A stretch of 32,038 bases of DNA from a bacterium. GTDB lineage: Bacteria > Zhuqueibacterota > Zhuqueibacteria > Oceanimicrobiales > Oceanimicrobiaceae. Under the pieces are notes generated by a model, which worked only from the letters and a program-made list of their open reading frames with translations, was not told where the DNA came from and searched no databases. Made by a program: the position numbers and the translations under genes. This document shows positions 18,813 to 27,985 of the stretch, in pieces; the first letter of the stretch is position 1, and every line of letters begins with the position of its first letter. Location: NCBI GenBank assembly GCA_046757025.1, contig JBHHXN010000049.1, forward strand, positions 1-32,038. Direction: 5' to 3'.

Positions 18813-20088
18813 TTTTTACCTCAGGTAGCGTCAACGAAGCGTTCGGCATTACGATGCAGGTAAAATCGTGGGAAAGGCTGGACAGCGCTAATTTCAAACC
18901 CTCGTCCAGCGTGCGCGCCGGCGTCAGGCCCAATTGCAGCACCAGGTCCGAGGGCAGCTTGGAAATCAAAATCACCCGGCACTTGCTGGTTTTCGTTTTA
19001 ACGGAAAGCGCTGTGGTGCCATTCAAAGTGTAATTCTGTTTCAAGGCAGATAAAAAGTCGGATTCATTTTCAAATTGAAACCAACGCAGAAAGGTTTTTG
19101 ATCCGATTCCGTCGCGGCATTCAGCCAAAAGCAAAATCACCCCCCTTTCTTTCACAGCGTAAAATGCGTTGTTCAGCGTTTTGTGTGCTTGAATGAAGTT
19201 GATATCTTTGGGATATCCACCGCAGCTCGCCACTACCAAATCGGCCCGGCCTTTGATGGGAATTCTGTACAAATCATCCACCAGTCGGCAGGCTCGGGCA
19301 TGTGTTTCAAACAAATCTCCACACGACGCGAAAATGATTTTGCCGTTTTCATCGAGAACGGTTTCCAGCAATAGATCAACCTGGAGGAATTGCAGGGAGT
19401 CGAGAATATCCGCCTGCACCGGATTGCCGGCCACCACCCCGGCCTGACAATTCGGGTGAATACATCCACTCCTCTGATCGATACTGAGTGCATGATTCCT
19501 GACGATGGTTTCGTGTCCCGCGCAGCCCGGCTGGATCATTTTGGGTCCGCCGCCGTAGCCGGCAAAATAATGATGCACGGCGGTGCCGACTACCAGGCGT
19601 TTTCCCGCCTCCACCACATGCCGATTTAGGTAAACCGGCGTGCCCGCCTTTGTCATTCCCACAAAAATCAGATTCTCAACATCCCGGCAATCGTGCTCCA
19701 CGATTTCGTACGCGTGATATATTTCTTTGCCCACGAGTTTTTCGATTTCCCCGGCCTGGTGCGGTTCATGCGAACCCATCGCTATGATTATTAGTATGTC
19801 TGAATCGGCCACTCCGAAACGGTGCAGTTGCTCGATTAAAACTGGCAAGACAACGGACGCGCCAAAATTGCGGGTTTTGTCCGGAATGATAAGGGGGAAC
19901 TTGCCGGGCATTCTGGCCATTCGCTGGAATTTATGTGTCACCGGCAAGGAATTGAGCGCCTCGGAAATGATTTTTACCGGCGACTGATCAGCCTGGACTT
20001 TTTGGGGAGTCAGCACACCTATAACGTGGTCAGATTTAATTGTGAGTTTAAAGGAATCGTTACCGTACGCTAAAGAAATCTGTTGCAA
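18799..20088 (-). CDS. larA: LarA-family nickel-pincer racemase/epimerase (DUF2088)
   Basis: PDKTR, AMGSH, EHD, HHYFAGYGGGPK (NPN-binding Lys position), NH, GGYPKDINFIQAHK, AECRDGIG. TTG start. Substrate is not necessarily lactate. Confidence 0.85.
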   Translation of the reverse strand: MQQISLAYGNDSFKLTIKSDHVIGVLTPQKVQADQSPVKIISEALNSLPVTHKFQRMARMPGKFPLIIPDKTRNFGASVVLPVLIEQLHRFGVADSDILIIIAMGSHEPHQAGEIEKLVGKEIYHAYEIVEHDCRDVENLIFVGMTKAGTPVYLNRHVVEAGKRLVVGTAVHHYFAGYGGGPKMIQPGCAGHETIVRNHALSIDQRSGCIHPNCQAGVVAGNPVQADILDSLQFLQVDLLLETVLDENGKIIFASCGDLFETHARACRLVDDLYRIPIKGRADLVVASCGGYPKDINFIQAHKTLNNAFYAVKERGVILLLAECRDGIGSKTFLRWFQFENESDFLSALKQNYTLNGTTALSVKTKTSKCRVILISKLPSDLVLQLGLTPARTLDEGLKLALSSLSHDFTCIVMPNASLTLPEVKNAVN

Positions 20089-20140
20089 TGCGTGCCTCTG
20101 ATCTCGTTGAATATATTCACGATTCTTTTTGTTACAAAGT

Positions 20141-20169
20141 AATATGGCAATTTTTATTTAATAAATCAA
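20141..20169 (-). promoter_or_regulatory. Candidate sigma70 promoter for the larA-nlpC-M24-rlmD run
   Basis: Minus strand TTGATT-N17-CATATT. Confidence 0.3.
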
Positions 20170-20316
20170 TTTTTTTCTACTAGCGTTCAGATTAGGAACA
20201 TTGTTTCAATTAAACACATGGAAATATTTTTTTTCATCTTTTTGCAACATTTTTTGACATGTTTTAAATAAATTAATTTCAACGATCTATGTCATTCTAA
20301 TAATTGTGGTTACTTC

Positions 20317-20332
20317 TGGTATGAAATTCGCA
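20317..20332 (+). promoter_or_regulatory. Candidate sigma54 (-24/-12) promoter
   Basis: TGGTATGAAATTCGCA compared with consensus TGGCACGNNNNTTGCW: GG and GC are at the exact spacing. Confidence 0.55.
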
Positions 20333-20418
20333 CATACCATTCTATTCCCAAAAAAAATCGCTTACACAGGGACGAATCGGAAAGGTTCTGTACAAGAGAC
20401 TAAAACAAAGGAAAAACA

Positions 20419-20622
20419 TTGAAAGAAATACTACTCGTCGGCAACCAATCTCCAGAAAACTCCATTTTAAAATATGTAACCAATCCCACCAAATTTAAAG
20501 TCAAAAAAACCACCAATCTTCAGCGAGCGCAAAAAATACTCGAAAAAACCAGTCCTGATTTCGTGCTCTGCCTGGGAAAAATAAAGGTCACCGCCCAGGG
20601 CAAATATTTTTTAGAAATATAA
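20419..20622 (+). CDS. Small protein resembling the N-terminal half of a response-regulator receiver domain, without the phosphoacceptor
   Basis: TTG start with AAGGA RBS. Pattern KEILLV / helix / FKVKKT / NLQRAQKILE / PDFVLC resembles REC beta1-alpha1-beta2-alpha2-beta3. Confidence 0.6.
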   Translation: MKEILLVGNQSPENSILKYVTNPTKFKVKKTTNLQRAQKILEKTSPDFVLCLGKIKVTAQGKYFLEI

Positions 20623-20699
20623 AAGTTCTCACACAAAAACCGGTCGGGTAATTTTTACATTCCTGGCGGTCTGTCTTACCGCGCTTGCTGAAAAACTGC

Positions 20700-20728
20700 T
20701 TGACCCTTTTCCTATTTTTCTATATCTT
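20700..20728 (+). promoter_or_regulatory. Sigma70 promoter for the glycosyltransferase cluster
   Basis: TTGACC-N17-TATCTT, about 80 nt upstream of ATG 20808. Confidence 0.6.
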
Positions 20729-20807
20729 GCATCTACAAGTATAAATGGATTTGTACTATTTTAAGAACCCACGACATCATCTCGAAATTTAATTTTTCAC
20801 TTTCTGC

Positions 20808-21914
20808 ATGTTTGATTTAACTTTTTGGATCGCGCTTGCCGCGTGGTTAATTTACACCGCCATCATTTTATTTTTAATTTCAGGACTCCTTCAAATCAAA
20901 AATAAAAAACGATCACCTGGTGCAACGGTTTCTGTGGTAGTGGCGGCCCGAAATGAGGAGCAGAACCTGAACCGCTGCCTGCAAGCGCTTTTGTCGCAAT
21001 CGTATCCCAAAAATCGTTTGCAAATCATCCTGGTGGACGACCGCTCAACAGATGGCACCGCACAAATCGCACACAGTTTTCAAAAGGTTCACAGAAATGT
21101 GGAAGTCATCTGCACCGCAGAGCAGCCAGGAAAAATCAGTCCCAAAAAGTACGCCTTGATGAAAGGAATCAAGCAAGCTAATGGTACGCTGATTTTTACC
21201 ACCGACGCGGATTGCGTTCCACCGCCAGACTGGCTTAGTGAAACCGTGCCGTTGTTTCAAGAGGACGTCGGCATCGTTTTGGGGCCAGCGCCTTTTTACG
21301 ACCACCAGAATGCCTGGCACAAGCTGCTGGCGTTGGATAATTTAGCCGCGACGGTTGTGTCCGCTGGCGCAGCTGGCTGGAACGTGGGCGTCACCTGCAG
21401 CGGCAGAAATCTGGCCTATCGCAAACAAGTGTTCGAACTGATCAACGGTTTTCAAAAATTCCAGCACAGTCTTTCCGGCGACGACGACCTCTTCCTGCAG
21501 GAAGTGAACAAACAAACCAGTTGGCGTATTGCTTACTCGCTCAATCCGGACACCATGGTACCGAGTGCCGCCGCACCCTCCTTCTCTGCGTTTGTTAAGC
21601 AAAGACGCCGGCACGTTTCCGCCAGTCGCTACTACTCGAGACGTCATCAAGTGGGCTACCTGCTGTTTAACCTGGCTAATTTGTATCTGTTTGGGTTTGC
21701 CATGTCGGCCGTCATCAGCCGCACACACCTTTTCGCGGCGGCGGCGTTTCTGGGTCTGAAATGGGGTCTGGACTTCCTGGCCCTGTTTTTTCTGACACAC
21801 AAATTAAAACAGCGCCATCTGCTCTGGTGGCTTCCCCTCTGGGAGCTGTTCTATTTAGTCAACCAAGTGTTCATTTCTCCCCTGGCTTTTGTCGGTAAGA
21901 TCAGATGGAAATGA
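20808..21914 (+). CDS. Membrane-bound family 2 glycosyltransferase (paralog 1)
   Basis: N-terminal TM helix, VVVAARNEE, DDRSTD, TDADC, NLAYRK, SGDDDLF, QRRRH, three to four C-terminal TM helices. Confidence 0.92.
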   Translation: MFDLTFWIALAAWLIYTAIILFLISGLLQIKNKKRSPGATVSVVVAARNEEQNLNRCLQALLSQSYPKNRLQIILVDDRSTDGTAQIAHSFQKVHRNVEVICTAEQPGKISPKKYALMKGIKQANGTLIFTTDADCVPPPDWLSETVPLFQEDVGIVLGPAPFYDHQNAWHKLLALDNLAATVVSAGAAGWNVGVTCSGRNLAYRKQVFELINGFQKFQHSLSGDDDLFLQEVNKQTSWRIAYSLNPDTMVPSAAAPSFSAFVKQRRRHVSASRYYSRRHQVGYLLFNLANLYLFGFAMSAVISRTHLFAAAAFLGLKWGLDFLALFFLTHKLKQRHLLWWLPLWELFYLVNQVFISPLAFVGKIRWK

Positions 21915-22771
21915 AAACAGATCATCTACCTGTAAAGACGCCTTTTGATGCAAAACTGTTGCCGCCGATCTCACATCCCAACTACCAACTCTGGCGGAAT
22001 TATGCGCAATTCGCCCGCGCACGTGGCGAGCTGGCAGCGGATATTTTGGAAAGCTTTCAACCTTTGAAGTCGCGCACTATCCTCGACATCGGTTGTGGCG
22101 AAGGCGGTACGGCTTGTGCCCTGGCTGCACGCGGGGCACGAGTGCGAGCCATCGACTTCAATCCAGCAAGAGTGAAAAAATTGCAAAACCAACTGAACCC
22201 TCCGAATTTAACCGTGGAGCTCGGCCACGCCGAAAAACTCAAGGCATCGAATGCCTGTTTCGACGTCATCATCTTGCAGGACGTGCTGGAACATCTGCCC
22301 CATCCGGAAAAGGCGGTTTCGGAAATGTGCCGGGTTTTGAAACCGAACGGTCTGCTCTATCTCTCAACGCCCAATCGTTGGTCGCCGTTCAATTTCTTAA
22401 GCGATCCACACTGGAACTTACCGATGGTTTCTGCGCTATCGAGAAAGTGGGTGAAAATTTTCATCACGCAAATAGTCAGGCGAGAGCACGCCGTCAGAGC
22501 AGATTTTGCGGCGCTGCTGTCGCTGTACAAAATTCGAAAAATGTTTTCTGAAAATCAAATTGCATTGCAGTTCGTGAATAAGAAAGTTACCCAGCGGTTG
22601 TTTGAACAACCCCATGCTGTGGTGAACAGCGAATTCCATTTACGCATCATCAGATGGCTGAACAGTTTAGGACTAAAGCGGCCGTTCACTACGGTGGTAA
22701 ACGACCGATTCGGCCTTTTTAATTTTATCATCAATCCAACCTGGTATTTTGTCGGTCAAAAAATGATCTGA
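21911..22771 (+). CDS. Class I SAM-dependent methyltransferase
   Basis: ILDIGCGEG, FDVIILQDVLEHL, RVLKPNG.LYLSTPN. ATGA overlap with the GT2 stop (alternative start at 21905). Confidence 0.9.
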   Translation: MKTDHLPVKTPFDAKLLPPISHPNYQLWRNYAQFARARGELAADILESFQPLKSRTILDIGCGEGGTACALAARGARVRAIDFNPARVKKLQNQLNPPNLTVELGHAEKLKASNACFDVIILQDVLEHLPHPEKAVSEMCRVLKPNGLLYLSTPNRWSPFNFLSDPHWNLPMVSALSRKWVKIFITQIVRREHAVRADFAALLSLYKIRKMFSENQIALQFVNKKVTQRLFEQPHAVVNSEFHLRIIRWLNSLGLKRPFTTVVNDRFGLFNFIINPTWYFVGQKMI

Positions 22772-22941
22772 ACTTTGAGAGGCAATCAATGGAGAATAGG
22801 CAAACCGCACGTTTCTTTTATCCAATTTATGTGTCCTGAAAAAACATACAACCAAGGATTCAAAGATTTCGATTATGTACTTCAATGGGGTTACCGTATC
22901 CTTTCGTTTTTCTGTGGAAAAGGTAAGTTAAGATAATTCTT

Positions 22942-23958
22942 ATGAAAGTCATCCTGGTACGACAGCTTCTGAAAACGCTAACTCTCCCGCGGCTCATCAA
23001 TGCGGCGCTGGCAACGGGCTCATTTATTTATTCTGCAATTTTGAAAAATAATAAGCGACGCGGCCAGCCTTTTATTTTAACCATCGAGCCCACCAACCTG
23101 TGCAATCTGAAATGCCCGCTATGTGTGACCGGCAACGGTAAAATGACGCGTCCGGCGGGCTCCATGTCGTTTGCGGCTTTCAAGAAGATCATCGATGAAA
23201 CACAAAAGCAACTCATTTATTTGCTGCTGTATCAGCAGGGAGAGCCGTTTTTGAATAAGAATTTCCTGCGATTTGTGGAGTATGCCAAGAGCAAAAAAAT
23301 CTACGTCACCACCAGCAGCAACGGCCATTATTTCAATAAAGAAACCGCCTGGGCTACGGTACAATCGAAATTGGACTCGATCATTTTTTCTGTGGATGGC
23401 GCCGATCAGCGCAGTTACGAAGCTTATCGCGTAGGAGGCAGTTTACGAAAAGTCCAACAGGGTTTGCTCAATTTAGCGGAAGCCAAAAGACGGCTCAAAA
23501 GCGCCACGCCGGTCATTTTCATGCAGTTCATCGTCATGCGCCACAACGAACATCAAATTGCCGCCATGAAAAAAATAGCCCGGAAGTGGGGAGCGAACCG
23601 CTTGCTCATTAAAACCGTGCACGTGGAAAACGCAGCCGAAGCAGAAAAGTGGCTGCCGCAAAACTCCAAAATGCACAGATACGTGCTTGATGCAGCCACA
23701 CTCAAACCGAGAAGATCAGCAGCCGGTGCTTGTCCGCGTCCGTGGACTAGCGCTCTCATCAACTGGGATGGAACGGTGGTGCCTTGCTGTTTCGACAAAA
23801 ATGGCCAGCACGTGCTGGGTGAAATTCAAAATCACACGCAATTTACAGACACCTGGAACTCAGAAAAATATGCAAACTTTAGACAAAAAATGCTGGTTGA
23901 CCGCAGTCAGCTCGACATCTGCCGCAATTGCTCGCAGGGCATTCGGCTTTACATTTAG
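22942..23958 (+). CDS. Radical SAM enzyme with SPASM/twitch domain
   Basis: EPTNLCNLKCPLC (CxxxCxxC), GEPFL, C-terminal CPRPW...INWDG.VVPCC.D...CRNC. Confidence 0.93.
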   Translation: MKVILVRQLLKTLTLPRLINAALATGSFIYSAILKNNKRRGQPFILTIEPTNLCNLKCPLCVTGNGKMTRPAGSMSFAAFKKIIDETQKQLIYLLLYQQGEPFLNKNFLRFVEYAKSKKIYVTTSSNGHYFNKETAWATVQSKLDSIIFSVDGADQRSYEAYRVGGSLRKVQQGLLNLAEAKRRLKSATPVIFMQFIVMRHNEHQIAAMKKIARKWGANRLLIKTVHVENAAEAEKWLPQNSKMHRYVLDAATLKPRRSAAGACPRPWTSALINWDGTVVPCCFDKNGQHVLGEIQNHTQFTDTWNSEKYANFRQKMLVDRSQLDICRNCSQGIRLYI

Positions 23959-24868
23959 CGCCAGATCCGTTTTTATCGGCAAGCTGCTGGTGGCGGTGGT
24001 GCTGATGGTATTTTTAGTGCAGTGGACGAATCTAACACAAAAAATTGACGTCTTCAAATCGGCAAAATGGCCCTACCTCACCCTGGCCATTTTACTGTTC
24101 CCGGCCAATATTCTGATTCAAGTACACAAATGGCATTTTCTGTTAAAAAGCGCACAGCCGGCCGCCACGTTCAGCAGCGCGATCAAATCGTTGATGGGGG
24201 CGTATCCTCTGGGATTTATTACCCCCGGCCGGCTGGGTGAATTCAGCCGGGCATTTTTTATCGTGGGAATGGATAGCAAAACCGCCTTCCAATTGTTCCT
24301 CGTGGACAAACTGAGCAATTTGATCATAACGCTCACTGCCGGCGCAGCCGGCGCAGTTATTTTGTTTAGACACCAGCTCACGTTTAATCTGAATACGCTT
24401 TTGATGACACTATTTCTGCTGGCAGGCAGCCTGACTATCTTGCTGGTTTTCGGTCGTTCGAAATGGCATCTGGCAATTCAAAAATTCATAAGCAAAATTC
24501 TTTCCCACCGCAACTCGCTGTTTAAATTGCTGAGTTTTTCAGCGTTGTTTTATGTGATTTTTTTGCTGCAATTTATCGCACTAATTGAAAATTTTCAGTC
24601 TGTAAACTTCTGGATGGCCGCCTGTGCCGCGGCCTCGGTATTCCTGGTCAAATCCCTGTTGCCGATTTCACTGGGCGATTTGGGCATTCGCGAAGGGGCG
24701 GCCGTTTTTTTCTTGCACCAGATCGCGGTGGCGCCCGCTGCCGCCTTTAACGCTGCACTTTTGCTTTATCTGCTCAACGTGGCGCTGCCGTCTCTCGCCG
24801 GACTGGGGTTTCTGCTAAAAATGCGCCGGCCAATCAGCTCTCCTGTGTTAGCGGAGTCGCGGACATGA
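23897..24868 (+). CDS. UPF0104 / lysylphosphatidylglycerol-synthase TM (flippase-like) membrane protein
   Basis: Multiple TM helices, KW.FLL, TPGRLGEFSR, LPISLGDLGIREG. Start is uncertain: TTG 23897 chosen because the track's 23687 start overlaps the radical SAM gene too deeply. Confidence 0.8.
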   Translation: MTAVSSTSAAIARRAFGFTFSARSVFIGKLLVAVVLMVFLVQWTNLTQKIDVFKSAKWPYLTLAILLFPANILIQVHKWHFLLKSAQPAATFSSAIKSLMGAYPLGFITPGRLGEFSRAFFIVGMDSKTAFQLFLVDKLSNLIITLTAGAAGAVILFRHQLTFNLNTLLMTLFLLAGSLTILLVFGRSKWHLAIQKFISKILSHRNSLFKLLSFSALFYVIFLLQFIALIENFQSVNFWMAACAAASVFLVKSLLPISLGDLGIREGAAVFFLHQIAVAPAAAFNAALLLYLLNVALPSLAGLGFLLKMRRPISSPVLAESRT

Positions 24869-25467
24869 AAACGCCGTTTGCCGAAATTATCTGGCGCATG
24901 GATCGCAACCAAATTTATCTCACCTTTGACGATGGTCCGGATCCTGAAGTGACACCGACTTTACTGGAGCTAATGCACCAATATCAGATTTCAGCCACCT
25001 TTTTTGTCATCGGCGAAAAAGTACAGCGCCATCCGGAAATAGTAGCGCAGATCAATCAAAACGGGCACACCCTCGGCAACCATTCATTCAGCCACCACCG
25101 CATGCTCTGGAAATCAAAATCGAACTCGTTGGCGGAAATCGCCCGTACCGACGCGCTGCTGCAAGAAATCACACGTACCCGGCCCGTGCTTTTCCGACCG
25201 CCATACGGCCGATTTGGCTGGGGATTGATGCGAGCCATACAAACAACCGGCCACAAAATGGTGCTCTGGAATGCTACGGCACGGGACTACCATTCACATT
25301 TTTCATCCTGCGAAATTCAAAGAAATCTGACCCGGTGTTTGCGGCCGGGGAAAATCATTTTACTGCATGACGGTCACCGCAACGGCGCCAAAACCGTCAC
25401 CGCTCTGGCCAGTCTTTTAGCGGAACAAAAAATTCCACCAGCACAATTTGCCGCGCTGCCAGGGTAA
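24865..25467 (+). CDS. NodB-type (CE4) polysaccharide deacetylase, no signal peptide
   Basis: LTFDDGP, NHSFSH, FRPPYG, LLHDG. ATGA overlap with the upstream gene. Confidence 0.92.
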   Translation: MKTPFAEIIWRMDRNQIYLTFDDGPDPEVTPTLLELMHQYQISATFFVIGEKVQRHPEIVAQINQNGHTLGNHSFSHHRMLWKSKSNSLAEIARTDALLQEITRTRPVLFRPPYGRFGWGLMRAIQTTGHKMVLWNATARDYHSHFSSCEIQRNLTRCLRPGKIILLHDGHRNGAKTVTALASLLAEQKIPPAQFAALPG

Positions 25468-25496
25468 TTTACCAACTGCAATTTCATATTAAATTT

Positions 25497-26669
25497 ATGA
25501 CAGCCATGTTTTTCATACTCCTTTTATTGTCTTTTTTATACGCCGTGACTCTGTGGTTTCTGGGCAGAGGTCTGCACCGGCTCGCCCCGGGCCGCAATGA
25601 AAAAGAGCCTTCCGTGTCCATCATCGTGGCAGCGCGAAACGAAGAATTCCACATCGCCGCCTGTTTGCAGGCTCTGGTAAATCAGACCTACCTCGCAGAC
25701 AAGTTTGAAATTGTGGTGATCGACGACCGCTCTGAAGACCGTACGCCAGAGATTGTGGCACAAATAGCTGCCCGGCAACCGCGCATCAAACTGCTAAAAA
25801 TCACCGAATCCTCTCCCCATATTGCACCCAAGAAACGTGCGCTTGACCTGGGTATCCGCCAAGCGCACGGCGAAATCATTTTCACAACCGATGCCGACTG
25901 TACCCCTTCGCCGGAATGGCTATCCGAAATGGTCAAATATTTTGAGCTGGAGGTCGGTATGGTGGCCGGTTACAATCCATATCGAATGGAAAATAAAACT
26001 GTGCTCAACGAAATGCTGCAACTGGATTATTTTGCCATGGCTTGCGTGGCCGCCGCGGCTGCCGGACACAACTATCCTCTGAGCTGCAGCGGCGGGAATC
26101 TGGCTTATCGCAAAAAATTGTATCTTGAATTGGACGGTTTTGCGGCTCGCCGTGGGCTCGTGTCCGGCGACGACGATTTGTTTCTCGAGCAAGTGCGCGA
26201 TAAAACCGAATGGAAGATAAGGTTTGCCGCGCACCCCGGCACTTTTGTGCCAACAGCGCCCCCAGCCACTTTTTTGGAATTTGTACATCAAAGAATCCGC
26301 TACGCATCAAAAGGGCTGCATTACTCCCTGCCCACTCGTTGGACTCTCATGACCTTATTTCTGATGAACTCGCTCCTTGCTCTGGGTTTCGTGAGCCTGT
26401 TATTTTTACCAGAATTGTTTTCACTGTGGCTGGCAGCTTATTTCATCAAATCTTTGGCTGAATTTGGTTTTTTGAAAAATGGTCAAAAAGTCTTCCAAAT
26501 TAAATTCAGAACAGCGACATTTTTGTTTGCCTCCTTCGTCCATCCTTTTTATATTGTAAGCGCCGCCATTCTGGGGCAATTTGCCCGATTTCTATGGAAA
26601 GGTCAATCATTCAGAACGACGGTCCATGAAACACAATTACAAAAAATCGCTAAGCAGAACGTGCGGTAA
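25497..26669 (+). CDS. Membrane-bound family 2 glycosyltransferase (paralog 2)
   Basis: IIVAARNEE, DDRSED, TDADC, NLAYRK, SGDDDLF, QRIRY, N- and C-terminal TM helices. Confidence 0.92.
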   Translation: MTAMFFILLLLSFLYAVTLWFLGRGLHRLAPGRNEKEPSVSIIVAARNEEFHIAACLQALVNQTYLADKFEIVVIDDRSEDRTPEIVAQIAARQPRIKLLKITESSPHIAPKKRALDLGIRQAHGEIIFTTDADCTPSPEWLSEMVKYFELEVGMVAGYNPYRMENKTVLNEMLQLDYFAMACVAAAAAGHNYPLSCSGGNLAYRKKLYLELDGFAARRGLVSGDDDLFLEQVRDKTEWKIRFAAHPGTFVPTAPPATFLEFVHQRIRYASKGLHYSLPTRWTLMTLFLMNSLLALGFVSLLFLPELFSLWLAAYFIKSLAEFGFLKNGQKVFQIKFRTATFLFASFVHPFYIVSAAILGQFARFLWKGQSFRTTVHETQLQKIAKQNVR

Positions 26670-26758
26670 TTTGTTTGCAGAAACCCTCGAGGTGAAACCA
26701 ATAATTTTGTGATTTATTAACAATCAAATTTTGAGTTTAAATAAAGATTTTCATAAAA

Positions 26759-27922
26759 ATGCCCCTACAAGTCACTCTCACAATTTTTGTTTTGCTGCCG
26801 CTGCTCATCTACCTTTCGCAAACTGTGTTAATTTATCTTGGTACCCACCGGCTGGGTTACGCCAGATCCAATAAACTCCCCAGCATTTCAATTCTCGTTG
26901 CATTGAGAAACGAAGAGCGGACGTTAGCATCCTGTGTGAACTCGCTGCTCAATCTGGAATATCCTCCCCATTTGCTGGAAATCGTACTGATAAATGATCG
27001 CTCCCGTGACCGCACCCCTGCGCTCATCGAGCAGTACAAACAAAAATCCAACCTCATCAAAACCGTTCACATCGATCACAGCATCAAAGGCTTGTCGGGC
27101 AAAGCCAATGCCATCGCCCAGGCCATAAATCTCTGCCGTGGGGAAATCATCCTGGTCACGGACGGGGATTGCCAGGTACCCAAAACCTGGGCGAAAGCGC
27201 ACGCAGCCTGTTACCGGAAAAATGTCGGCCTGGTGGGCGGCTTTACCCTGCTCGACAAAAAGCACACGCCGGCCACCATTTTTAGCAAAATCCAGTCGCT
27301 GGACTGGGCTTACTTGCTTTCCATCGGTACGGGCGCCATGGGCTTTGGCTGGCCGCTCAGCGTGCTGGGCAACAATTTTTCATTTCGCCGGGCGGCGTAC
27401 GAAGAAGTGGGCGGCTACCGCAAAATGGGGTTCACCATCATTGAAGATTTTGCTTTGATGAAAACACTGCTGCACAAAACTAACTGGAAAGTGCTCTACC
27501 CCATCGAGCCGGAAATGCTGGTTTACAGTCAGGCCATGCCCGATTTCAAAGCCTTTTATCAGCAGCGCAAACGCTGGTCTGCGGGCGGTAAAGAAGTGGG
27601 TTTGTACGGCAAATTTCTCATGGCGCTGGCGCTGACGGTACACACGCTTGTACCGATTTCCTGGTTCTTAATAAATCCGGTGTTTTGCATCGCCGGTTTA
27701 GCGGTTCTGATCGCAGCGGATTATTGTCTGCTTTTGCGCACCACCGGTCTGGTCCATCGTCGGGATCTGCTCAGGTTCTTTGCCGTTTGGGAGATATTTT
27801 ATTTCCTTTACACCATTCTGTTTACGCCGGTTCTGCTCTTTCCAACATCCGTGAAATGGAAAGATACTACCTACACCTGGAAATTAAACTGGAAGCTAAA
27901 AGAGATGACCGAGCGAATATGA
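26759..27922 (+). CDS. Membrane-bound family 2 glycosyltransferase (paralog 3)
   Basis: LVALRNEE, NDRSRD, TDGDC, AYEEVGGY, IIEDF, QRKRW (QxxRW), TM helices. Confidence 0.92.
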   Translation: MPLQVTLTIFVLLPLLIYLSQTVLIYLGTHRLGYARSNKLPSISILVALRNEERTLASCVNSLLNLEYPPHLLEIVLINDRSRDRTPALIEQYKQKSNLIKTVHIDHSIKGLSGKANAIAQAINLCRGEIILVTDGDCQVPKTWAKAHAACYRKNVGLVGGFTLLDKKHTPATIFSKIQSLDWAYLLSIGTGAMGFGWPLSVLGNNFSFRRAAYEEVGGYRKMGFTIIEDFALMKTLLHKTNWKVLYPIEPEMLVYSQAMPDFKAFYQQRKRWSAGGKEVGLYGKFLMALALTVHTLVPISWFLINPVFCIAGLAVLIAADYCLLLRTTGLVHRRDLLRFFAVWEIFYFLYTILFTPVLLFPTSVKWKDTTYTWKLNWKLKEMTERI

Positions 27923-27985
27923 ACGGCTGCAGAAAATCAAGGCCTCACGAACAGTGGCCGGAAAAGAGTCAGGCGGGATCAGTGA

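Noticed and set aside
20419..20622. Small ORF as a RiPP precursor for the SPASM enzyme
   Set aside because: It looks like a folded REC fragment, is separated from the cluster by another promoter, and no RRE, peptidase or transporter is in the cluster.
23687..23896. Long apparent overlap of the flippase-like ORF with the radical SAM gene
   Set aside because: The extension looks like off-frame translation. A later start is more plausible and I see no frameshift signal.
20808..27922. PNAG/cellulose-type exopolysaccharide operon or true hpn cluster
   Set aside because: There is no export porin, PilZ domain, periplasmic deacetylase or shc/hpnH. The families differ from HpnJ/HpnK, so only an analogy is claimed.
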